64,000 bases of DNA from the IMG/VR virus record IMGVR_UViG_3300025154_001556. One strand, 5' to 3'. Positions 57,101 through 64,000 of this stretch are shown here, piece by piece. Each line of letters opens with the position of its first letter. Position 1 is the first letter of the stretch. The notes under the pieces are model-generated. The model saw only the letters and a list, made by a program, of their open reading frames with translations, did no database searches and was not told where the DNA came from. This DNA is from a virus (Duplodnaviria > Caudoviricetes). The position numbers and the translations under genes were made by a program.

Positions 57101-57758
57101 CAATAGTGGATAGTATGTTTAAATGTTGATCTTTACGTGTAGCAAATAGTGCGGTGGAGGGAGAAAAAAATAAACCCGTTCTTTTTATATTATATGTTTT
57201 TAACGCGGCAGCATCATGGATATTGTTGGCCACAATAAATGTGGTCTCATTACTACTTATACTATTAAATAATTCAGCATAACTTTGGTAATATAACAAA
57301 GTAGGTTTAATACCAACACTATTGCAATAGTCGTAAAAAGAATTTGCAATTACTGTGTCTTTTATAACCCCTACACGCTTATTATTCAACTCCGTAAAAG
57401 TATTTATACTTGTGTTAGTGTGTGTATAAACAACACCCCAAAAAGTAAATAAAGGTATAGATGAGAAACTAAGAGTTTCTTCAAGAGAATCTGTTTTTGC
57501 AATAGCTGGTAATAGGTCTATTTTACCTGTTTTTAGTTCATCCAAGCACTCTGAAAAATTACAGCTTTTGTAAGTTATATTCCAACCCTCCATAGCTGCT
57601 ATATTATCCAAAACATCTACATACAGGCCTTGTGCTTTATCTTCGTCATAGTAAGTTATAGGTTTATTTTCAAACACACCTACTACTAAATCGTTAGCAG
57701 AAGTAGCTTGTGTTAATAAAACTAGTATGATGCTAAATAATACTGCTTTTAGGGTCAT
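54141..57758 (-). CDS. hybrid sensor histidine kinase (SBP-like, DUF3365-like with CxxCH, PAS, GAF, HisKA, HATPase, REC)
   Basis: Signal/TM segments, GCKVCH, PAS (DVNNAW..LLGY), GAF, GGLSHDFNNIL, NLAINA, DTGCGI, FNPFFTTK, GSGLGL, REC (VVDDE, ILDLNMP, KPF). Confidence 0.93.
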   Translation of the reverse strand: MTLKAVLFSIILVLLTQATSANDLVVGVFENKPITYYDEDKAQGLYVDVLDNIAAMEGWNITYKSCNFSECLDELKTGKIDLLPAIAKTDSLEETLSFSSIPLFTFWGVVYTHTNTSINTFTELNNKRVGVIKDTVIANSFYDYCNSVGIKPTLLYYQSYAELFNSISSNETTFIVANNIHDAAALKTYNIKRTGLFFSPSTALFATRKDQHLNILSTIDNYMKDWIIDEGSPYSVALHKWFSKLPIQQKYPKYGVKEVIPYLVLFVAIVAILLLFTTKFGGKLNTTAYSIVFFIWTALIASSLGYNHTRIHNIIEHTALLEAQNIFEKDLLLRSWITNYGGLPNSNMTTHKKETHANVKECLNGSTSNPLFNPSVVMRYSYTTLKNFDEAGVTLDTHKAASSARILGFNTKDQPELWENKLLESIKEGKKIESYYVDDNTFRYIHTIYAVEGCKVCHKQFKDGELVGALSVSLPMDHMHDLADSKMIVDLYCHAAVYIIGLFGIFLALRSNELRQQDLQKASIRLIENEKKYKDLFMNAPLAYQSLGIHGELLDVNNAWLELLGYKKEEVQKRNILDFVDKRYHTYINEQLPKLKKVGYLSGIEYILNKADGTPVWVSVSGRVGYDNNGNFKQTHCVITDISERKQAEEETKLLSQRKEILLELSQMEERDEASIFAFVAESISKLCDSSISYVSLVNSDEDKITQVAYNGKAMSECSRSDKLNVTYNLDKCGVWADCLRTREAIFINDYPNYINKRGLPEGHVPITNHMNVPVFDGNNIVAIFGVGNKNHGDYNNKDVDHLLSLADNVWRIIQRKRNIIKTLRLEKQLREAQKMEAIGTLSGGLSHDFNNILQIILGYSDLIMLEINNEKTPKKEYIQAIVEAANKGARLTGQLRYFSEKERSFKEPISLNRSVESTVELMKRTIPKMINIDYSLEKDLYPIMADVGQIEQVIMNLAINAVHAMPDGGDLNIITCNTHIGAGHTEFKEGTYVVLTVSDTGCGIPQENISKIFNPFFTTKKQTTGGSGLGLYVVYGIVKNHSGYITCDSVVDQGTTFCIYLPADRTAVIKPPTAVITVTDYTEGNETILVVDDEEFLTDLTENYLTTQGYNVILAKNGEEALDIYKKTFKIDLVILDLNMPGMGGIACLKKLLEYDPKAKVIIASGYSDAGPIGETKTMGALGYLNKPFTLTDLAVLIRHVLDR

Positions 57759-57774
57759 ATTGCCACCTCTATAA

Positions 57775-57809
57775 TAAAGGGCTGATGCTTTAATAACATC
57801 AGCCCTTTA
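57775..57809 (-). terminator. hairpin between Fn3-like gene and kinase
   Basis: TAAAGGGCTGATG / CATCAGCCCTTTA 13-bp stem. Confidence 0.55.
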
Positions 57810-57867
57810 AGTAGCTATCAATTTTTACAGAGTTTAAAAACTCTTTTTAATAAACACAACATTTTGT

Positions 57868-58176
57868 TTAACCAACTTGTACTATCTCCAACACGCCGGG
57901 GGCATTTGGAGCAATAAAATCTAAAGGGACCGCAGTTGCAACACTCATGTCACTTTCATTGCCCCCACCATCGTATGCAGTTACACCTAAATTAAAAACA
58001 CCCTCTTTTCCTGTGGCTATTGTAGATAAATCTACTTCCATGGCCATACCAAGATCAATTGAAGGAGAATCATAGGTTAATTCCATTGTCGCATCTACAA
58101 AATAAAGCTTATACCCAGTCACATCAGCACTACTTGAACCAGGAAACCTTAGAGTTTTACTTACAATTTTTGCCAT
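57868..58176 (-). CDS. small fibronectin type III-like protein
   Basis: DVTGYKLYF, GVTAYD.GGNES, APNAP. Confidence 0.65.
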   Translation of the reverse strand: MAKIVSKTLRFPGSSSADVTGYKLYFVDATMELTYDSPSIDLGMAMEVDLSTIATGKEGVFNLGVTAYDGGGNESDMSVATAVPLDFIAPNAPGVLEIVQVG

Positions 58177-58194
58177 TTTAATTTCCTCCTAAAT

Positions 58195-58884
58195 TTATTG
58201 TATTATTATTGGTCCGGCGCCGGCTACCCAGCCCGAAATTAGTTTTGGGGCAGACACCCAAGCTACCATATTGTCTGCTTTTAAATCCACCCTATATAAA
58301 CCTGTAACAGGTAACTTTATAATTATTACATTTGTATTTATTGTAGATATTATACGGTAAACCTTTTTATTAATATCATATAGCCTGAATGTGTAAGAAA
58401 TCGCACCAGATACCACAGGCCAAGATACAACAATATCCTTGTCCGTGGTACCTACGTATAAGTTCCCACCCAAAAGTTGAGCATCAGGATAATTTATTAA
58501 TATAGTATTAGGGTCTAATGCCCCATCAAGCACGGGTGGCTCTATAACAGGGTCAACCTGAGCAGTTGCCACAACGACTTCTTTGGAATAGTCACTTTCA
58601 AAACCATCGGTATCATAAGCGGTTGCAGCAAAGTATAGGGTAACACCGTCTGGTACACCTACTACTGTGTATGTTACCCTGCCATCTTTGGTCGCTGGTA
58701 ATCCGACATCTATGCCCATTGTATAACTACGGGTTGCTGAACCGTAATAAATTTTATACCCTTTTAAGTTAGTTTCAGTATTCGGTGCCCAAGCAAAAGT
58801 TAGATCTGCCGCATACGAAGTATTACTTATACTGAGTAAACATAGAAATAAAATTAATATTGTGCTTTTAATAAAATGGCGCAT
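58195..58884 (-). CDS. secreted fibronectin type III domain protein
   Basis: Signal peptide (SYA-A), TFAW.PN....LKGYKIYYG, YFAATAYD.DG.ESDYS.EV, second WP.V.GA.SY domain. Confidence 0.75.
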   Translation of the reverse strand: MRHFIKSTILILFLCLLSISNTSYAADLTFAWAPNTETNLKGYKIYYGSATRSYTMGIDVGLPATKDGRVTYTVVGVPDGVTLYFAATAYDTDGFESDYSKEVVVATAQVDPVIEPPVLDGALDPNTILINYPDAQLLGGNLYVGTTDKDIVVSWPVVSGAISYTFRLYDINKKVYRIISTINTNVIIIKLPVTGLYRVDLKADNMVAWVSAPKLISGWVAGAGPIIIQ

Positions 58885-58887
58885 TAT

Positions 58888-60462
58888 TTATAACCCCAAG
58901 TCATTGTATATATCATCTATATTATGAATTATTTTATAAGGTATATTTAGTTTATTATATGTATTTAGTATATTAGTATTTACATCACTTCTAAATTTAG
59001 GGTCCAAATCACGTACACCATCAGCTAACTGAAAGTTAAACATATCCATATTTGGTATATAAATAGTCTTATATAAATTTAGTATATGGTCCTTTATTAC
59101 ACCTTCATAGGCCGACATTGTAGAATTGCTGCCATGTATAGTAAGATCGTAACAATAAGCGTCCATTACAGACCTATCAGCAATAACAAAATCAACCTTA
59201 TCTTGTAATTCTAATTCCTCAGTTATTTGTTTACATGTTAACCATCTTGGAGTATGGGAACCTGCCCCCTTATTTATAATAAAGGGGCATTTCCGAGCTA
59301 ACTCATCAAGTACTATGGCATTTTTACCAGACAACTTCATTTTAGTACAAAGACTATACGCTATGGTGCTTTTTCCAGAGTTTTTTAATACTGTACCATC
59401 TGCATGGAGAAATAAATTATTACCGTCAAGAGTAAATCCATAATAAGTGCCAATACCAAGAGGGGTTACATTACGTATGCCCACTCTTGATGTTGTTCTT
59501 TGAGGATTTTTTACCTGTACCGCCTTTTTATGTGCAAGTTTACATGGTATTATATCTATACCTCTTGTTAAATTTACCCTATAATAATATCCCTCTTTAC
59601 CATTATTTGTGCAAACACATTTTACTTTTTTTATTGTTGTGTGTATACCGCAACTTCTAGAAATATAAAATAAATCATAGGCTAGTTGTTTAGACTTTAA
59701 TTTTACTTCATATCTACCTTTACTACGTTGATCTAAGTGTCCATCGGCATCCAGTATACCGGCTATAATGGATAAACGTTGTTCTATACTTGCATTAAAA
59801 TAATCTAAGGGTATATGTTTATTATTAATTAAATTATATTTCTGTAAATCAACTAAAAAACTATTCCCTTTACCTCTAACATTAGTTATTCCATAAGTAT
59901 ACTTAGTATTACCAACGTGTTTAAAAAACAAATTTCTGCTTTCAGCGAAACACTTAAATGTATTTAATATAATTTCATCTGTATTAGTTAATCTTGTTCC
60001 TGCTGAATGCCCATCACCAAGCCAAACACCCAGTATATATGGCGGTATTGCTAAGGTACTACTTACTGCTCTTTTAATAACAGCATTAAACTTACAAAGA
60101 ATTCTTTGTTTTTGTTTACCTAATTTTAAATAATTTTTTACTGTTATTATACGTATATCACCTAATTGTTGCTTTTTTAGTGATCTTTTTGTAGCCCCAC
60201 TTTTACGAGATTGTGAGTATTGTAATACTAACTCGTGACTTGCATTATAAATATGTTTTATTCCATCAATATATTCAAATTCATAAAGATCTTCCCTACC
60301 GTCTTTAAGTTCCAACACTCTTCTTGGGGTAGAGTCATCCCCCATTAAAACATCACCAACTACTATAAGTTCGACTGGTTTTATGGTACCATCATACATT
60401 CTAACTAAGGTGCCTTTACCAAAACAACCATGCGTGCCGCTAATAGCTATAATTTTCTTCAT
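58888..60462 (-). CDS. AAA_28/NadR-like P-loop NTPase or kinase interrupted by an intein
   Basis: Exteins join to IIAISGTHG|SGKST (Walker A), ELAR, IADRSVMDAY, DGVRD...FR; 175 aa after splicing. Confidence 0.8.
   Translation of the reverse strand: MKKIIAISGTHGCFGKGTLVRMYDGTIKPVELIVVGDVLMGDDSTPRRVLELKDGREDLYEFEYIDGIKHIYNASHELVLQYSQSRKSGATKRSLKKQQLGDIRIITVKNYLKLGKQKQRILCKFNAVIKRAVSSTLAIPPYILGVWLGDGHSAGTRLTNTDEIILNTFKCFAESRNLFFKHVGNTKYTYGITNVRGKGNSFLVDLQKYNLINNKHIPLDYFNASIEQRLSIIAGILDADGHLDQRSKGRYEVKLKSKQLAYDLFYISRSCGIHTTIKKVKCVCTNNGKEGYYYRVNLTRGIDIIPCKLAHKKAVQVKNPQRTTSRVGIRNVTPLGIGTYYGFTLDGNNLFLHADGTVLKNSGKSTIAYSLCTKMKLSGKNAIVLDELARKCPFIINKGAGSHTPRWLTCKQITEELELQDKVDFVIADRSVMDAYCYDLTIHGSNSTMSAYEGVIKDHILNLYKTIYIPNMDMFNFQLADGVRDLDPKFRSDVNTNILNTYNKLNIPYKIIHNIDDIYNDLGL
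59380..60426 (-). mobile_element. intein (349 aa) with LAGLIDADG homing endonuclease, VMA/Hom_end_hint-like
   Basis: Starts CFGKGTLVRMYDG, block B YNASHELVL, LGVWLGDG and IAGILDADG motifs, ends YYGFTLDGNNLFLHADGTVLKN followed by Ser +1. Confidence 0.92.
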
Positions 60463-60463
60463 A

Positions 60464-61240
60464 CTACATCCATACCCCAGACATATCCAAAGAGCGGCCT
60501 ACCGGATTAGCAATCTGAATAAGCTTTCTTAAATTACAAGAAAAGGAGTTGCCGTAACTTCCATTTTGAAGCTTTGTAATAAAATGTGTAGATTCTGGAT
60601 AGCGTTCAACATACAGTGCCAGTAGATCCCCCATAAATTCCTCACTATTTAAATTAGCGAACATTTCATTACAGGCCGTAAAATCACTGTCTTCAAAACC
60701 CCAAAAGCTACCATCAACAATGGCATAGTCATAAACAATGTCATCTTGTGTACGTCTTACGCATACCACCAATACATCTAAAATGAGGTCCTCTGCCACG
60801 CCCACTTTCATTCTGCGAGGCAGTATATCTACTGCTTTAACGTGCTCAGGATAGATAGAGGCATTTGATAACAATTTTTTACTGTTGCCTTTAACCGACT
60901 TAATTTCAATAGCTACCTTAGCGTCCAAAGACACGATATCAAAAGCACACTGAGATGGCATAACCTGCCATGTAAATTCTGGGAACATAGAAGAGATATA
61001 CTTTCTAAGCCTCTCAGAATTTTTATCTACACTGCCATTAAAAGTCCATGATCTGTCAGCGGCAGACAGCCATTCAGCACACACCCTGGCTACGGCTAAT
61101 TTAAGGGGGTTATTGCTAATGGTTATTCTAATATTATTTTTAGGTTCTTTGTACACCTTATTGTGGGTTGCTTCCATTCCTAATGCTGAGTTAACTAATA
61201 CAAAACTATTTCCTTTTCCTTGTGCTTGTTGCATACTCAT
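60464..61240 (-). CDS. putative PD-(D/E)XK restriction-endonuclease-like protein
   Basis: FDI......AIEIKSVK...LSNASIYP pattern. Confidence 0.5.
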   Translation of the reverse strand: MSMQQAQGKGNSFVLVNSALGMEATHNKVYKEPKNNIRITISNNPLKLAVARVCAEWLSAADRSWTFNGSVDKNSERLRKYISSMFPEFTWQVMPSQCAFDIVSLDAKVAIEIKSVKGNSKKLLSNASIYPEHVKAVDILPRRMKVGVAEDLILDVLVVCVRRTQDDIVYDYAIVDGSFWGFEDSDFTACNEMFANLNSEEFMGDLLALYVERYPESTHFITKLQNGSYGNSFSCNLRKLIQIANPVGRSLDMSGVWM

Positions 61241-61253
61241 AATTAAAATCTCC

Positions 61254-61442
61254 TTAGTTTAAATCTAGGCCTAATGCTACTGTGGCTAATTCACCACCAC
61301 AATCGCAGAGTAATTGGCTGCCAAAAACTTTTGTATCAAGTACTTTTTTTGCGCCACAATTTTTACATACGTAATTAAATAATCTTAAATTAGCCACTTC
61401 TTTTTTATCTGCTGCTTTTTTTCTACCATTTTCTTTATACAT
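61254..61442 (-). CDS. small Zn-ribbon protein
   Basis: CKNCG and CDCGG. Confidence 0.65.
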   Translation of the reverse strand: MYKENGRKKAADKKEVANLRLFNYVCKNCGAKKVLDTKVFGSQLLCDCGGELATVALGLDLN

Positions 61443-61952
61443 TTATTCTTCCTCTGGCATCATATCATAAAATGCTGGATCTACCGATAATATATAAGCG
61501 GCTGACATACCCAGCGCTTCTTTATTTTCGTTTGCTAACCAAACATACTTAGGTTTATCTGCCCAAATTCTAAGACGTTCTTTAATTATACGTCTAGCGA
61601 AATCTTGCTCAATAATCAACGTTTTAAATTGATTGCTGTATCTACTTCTAATATATCTGAGGTAACCGCTGCGCATAAGAGCCCATATTAAAGATATTTT
61701 CCACTCATGCAGTAAATCTTCGGTGGTTACATAAACTATTCGATATCCATTAAATCTAGTATCTATACTATCATCGGTTAGTTTATAGTTTACACTATAA
61801 ATACCGTTAATAACTACACCAAACATTGGAATAGCGATGTAAAAAGACGATTTGTTTGTTGTAAAATCTAATCTATATGTTAAAAATAGTGCTTTTAGTA
61901 TAATTTCAACTTCTGTGGCTAATGCGTCAATATTCATAAAATTTACCTGCAA
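61443..61952 (-). CDS. hypothetical protein
   Basis: 169 aa ORF abutting its neighbours. Confidence 0.65.
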   Translation of the reverse strand: MQVNFMNIDALATEVEIILKALFLTYRLDFTTNKSSFYIAIPMFGVVINGIYSVNYKLTDDSIDTRFNGYRIVYVTTEDLLHEWKISLIWALMRSGYLRYIRSRYSNQFKTLIIEQDFARRIIKERLRIWADKPKYVWLANENKEALGMSAAYILSVDPAFYDMMPEEE

Positions 61953-61993
61953 TTAGATAGGGGCTTATAAAGCCCCCATCCATTTATAGATTA

Positions 61994-63931
61994 TTAGCAA
62001 TCATCAGAACATGGTTCAGTACAAGAGCAGCCATCGTTACAAGCGATTATTTGCTCCATCTCTTTTTCAACCACAGCAAAGGATACTTTACCCTTTTTAT
62101 TGCTTACCTTAATAGTAACGTTCTTTTGTATATTATCATCCGCTAACAATTTTTTAGCTAACGGTGTAGCCACTTCACGTTCTATGGTACGTTTTAAAGG
62201 TCTAGCACCGTAATCCGGGTCTATGCCTTTTTCGTAAACAAATTCTTTTACTTTGTCGTCGAATTCGAGCCAAAGTTCTTTATAGTCAGTGTCGTTAGCT
62301 CGTAAATTATCATTTAGTTTATACAACTCAATATCTATGATACGCATAAAGTCTTTCTTATTTAAAGACTTGAAGTGTATAATAGCATCAATACGGTTAA
62401 GAAACTCCGGTTTAAACTTATGCTTTAAAGCTTTGTCCAAAGCAGCTTCTTTTTTATTCTCAGTAATCTCAGCCACACTACCAAAACCAATTGTTTTTCT
62501 GATGCGTTCTACTTCATCCACACCAACATTAGAGGTCATAATAACAATGGTCTGATTAAAATCAACTGTTTTACCCTTGCCATCAGTCAGCCTTCCTTCT
62601 TCAAGAATTTGAAGGAGTAGTTCATGTACTTTCCTAGAAGCTTTTTCAACCTCATCAAATACAATGACACTAAAAGGGCTTTTCATAACAGCATTGGTGA
62701 GAAAACCGCCAGCCTCATGTCCAACGTAACCACTTGGAGAGCCAATTAGTTTAGCATACTCATGATCTGCGGAATACTCAGAACAGTCAATGTTTATTAA
62801 ATTATCTCTTCCTTTAATAAGCTCATCAGCTAAAACTTTGGTGGCCTGTGTTTTACCTACGCCAGTTCTACCAGCAAATAAAAAGGAACCAATAGGCTTA
62901 TTTGGCGCTTTAAGGCCCACACTGGCACGTTGAATAGCCTCGGATAATTGATCCACAGCCTCATCCTGACCAACCAGCATGATTTTCATATTATCTGCGA
63001 GATTTAATAAGTCTTCCTTAGGTAAATCTCTAAAAGATTTCTTCTTCTTTTTGTTACCATTAGCGTACTGCCCCATGGAACCAGAGGTGGCTGTCTTTTT
63101 TTTGCTACCACAAGAGCCACCACAAGAATCGTCCTCTTCTTCTGGTTCATCTGAAAGCGCGTGTGCATTTTCATAAGTTAGAAATGTATTACATGACTTA
63201 CATAACTCATAAAGTTCGTGCATCAGTAGCGGAGGTGCTACCCGTTTTGGTATACCCATGTCATCTAACAATGCGAACAATTCTTCAAAGCCATCTACAC
63301 AAAAAGAAACAACAAAGGTAGAAAAGCTTGTCCTATTATGAAAATATCTGTTCTTTAAAATAGCCTCAGCATCTTCCGAAGAAAAACGTTTAATCTGGAT
63401 ATACTGCCCAATACGTTTCCACCATTTTTGTACAATAGCGTATGAAAGTTTATTTAAATCTGTATTGTTTTTAGTACTATTAGTATTAGTTACTTCTGTT
63501 GTTGTCGGTCTCTTAAAAGAGTCAACTACTGGTGGTTGATCCCAAAATTTAGTATCTGTGAGTACCTTAATGTCTTCCGGCATGTTTTTAATTTTAAGCT
63601 TTATGACATGGTTTCTATTTATCACTAAATTTTCTGGGTTCAACTTAGGATTATGCTCTATAATGGCGGACATAACCTCTGATCTAACAACCAGTAGATC
63701 TTCTGTTTCAAAGTTATCCCCTGCCAATTGAAATAGTAGTTGGTTTATATTAGCCACACAGGTAGCAATAACATAGTCTTCATACATCCCTTTTGAAATC
63801 TGGCCTTTCTCCTTAGTTAAATAGGCTAATTTATCTTCAATTTCCCCTTCTGGTAGTTGAAGCACAAGAATTTCAAAATCATTTGCCTTTTTGATTTTAA
63901 CTCTAAACACTTGGTAGTCGTTTTTAGACAT
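61994..63931 (-). CDS. Clp/Hsp100-family AAA+ ATPase with only the D2 (AAA_2) module and a unique N-terminal region
   Basis: VGQDEAV, RASVGL..PNKPIGSFLF.G.TGVGKT, IDCSEY, LIGSP.GYVG, DEVEKA, GRLTD, MTSN, IGF loop, FKPEFLNRID, YGARPL.R. Confidence 0.9.
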   Translation of the reverse strand: MSKNDYQVFRVKIKKANDFEILVLQLPEGEIEDKLAYLTKEKGQISKGMYEDYVIATCVANINQLLFQLAGDNFETEDLLVVRSEVMSAIIEHNPKLNPENLVINRNHVIKLKIKNMPEDIKVLTDTKFWDQPPVVDSFKRPTTTEVTNTNSTKNNTDLNKLSYAIVQKWWKRIGQYIQIKRFSSEDAEAILKNRYFHNRTSFSTFVVSFCVDGFEELFALLDDMGIPKRVAPPLLMHELYELCKSCNTFLTYENAHALSDEPEEEDDSCGGSCGSKKKTATSGSMGQYANGNKKKKKSFRDLPKEDLLNLADNMKIMLVGQDEAVDQLSEAIQRASVGLKAPNKPIGSFLFAGRTGVGKTQATKVLADELIKGRDNLINIDCSEYSADHEYAKLIGSPSGYVGHEAGGFLTNAVMKSPFSVIVFDEVEKASRKVHELLLQILEEGRLTDGKGKTVDFNQTIVIMTSNVGVDEVERIRKTIGFGSVAEITENKKEAALDKALKHKFKPEFLNRIDAIIHFKSLNKKDFMRIIDIELYKLNDNLRANDTDYKELWLEFDDKVKEFVYEKGIDPDYGARPLKRTIEREVATPLAKKLLADDNIQKNVTIKVSNKKGKVSFAVVEKEMEQIIACNDGCSCTEPCSDDC

Positions 63932-64000
63932 CTAGTTGTCTCCTTTACTGTTTACGGTATAAATGATTTCCATAACTTATAACAGCAACAGCTTGTTTAT

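Noticed and set aside
61994-63931. Calling the Clp ATPase clpB or clpX
   Set aside because: It lacks the D1 and middle domains of ClpB and has an IGF loop. Its sequence is of ClpA/C D2 type rather than ClpX, so no gene symbol was assigned.
1-64000. Cellular chromosome, given pncB/nadD/nadE, ruvB, map, cca, Clp and a histidine kinase
   Set aside because: These genes are isolated from their usual operon partners and are mixed with a non-canonical RNAP, phiEco32-type ligases, S74/DUF4376 tail genes and many unknown ORFs in long single-strand runs. A phage origin fits better, though no capsid or terminase gene is present to prove it.
1-64000. Stop-codon reassignment as seen in some large phages
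   Set aside because: Long conserved proteins are intact under the standard code, and TAA, TAG and TGA all end genes at expected positions.

Overview
This 64 kb window is most consistent with part of a large (jumbo-like) tailed dsDNA phage genome: dense genes, about 60% hypothetical, AT-rich, standard genetic code, host-like genes present only as isolated copies. No capsid or terminase gene is recognisable here. Genes run on + from 1 to about 38.3 kb and 38.9-40.8 kb, and otherwise on -. The + arm carries (i) a 1138 aa single-chain two-barrel RNA polymerase that joins beta-like and beta-prime-like motifs, plus SSB, an SF2 helicase, RuvB and a sigma factor; (ii) an expanded phiEco32-type amidoligase/ATP-grasp/glutamine-amidotransferase cluster; (iii) an RNA module with a CCA-adding enzyme, an array of Y-RNA-like hairpins including a circularly permuted tRNA-like YrlA, Ro60/Rsr (TROVE) and an RNA ligase; (iv) a complete pncA-pncB-nadD-nadE NAD+ salvage operon with an embedded radical SAM gene. 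The - arm carries three RCC1-repeat proteins, tail-fibre-type genes, MetAP, a stand-alone PgpH-like HD domain, HIT, two DNA methyltransferases, a hybrid histidine kinase with a CxxCH motif, Fn3 proteins, an intein-split P-loop protein and a single-ring Clp ATPase with an IGF loop. The kinase and Fn3 architecture hint at a Desulfobacterota/deltaproteobacterial host (inference). All annotations come from motif reading by eye; no database searches were run.
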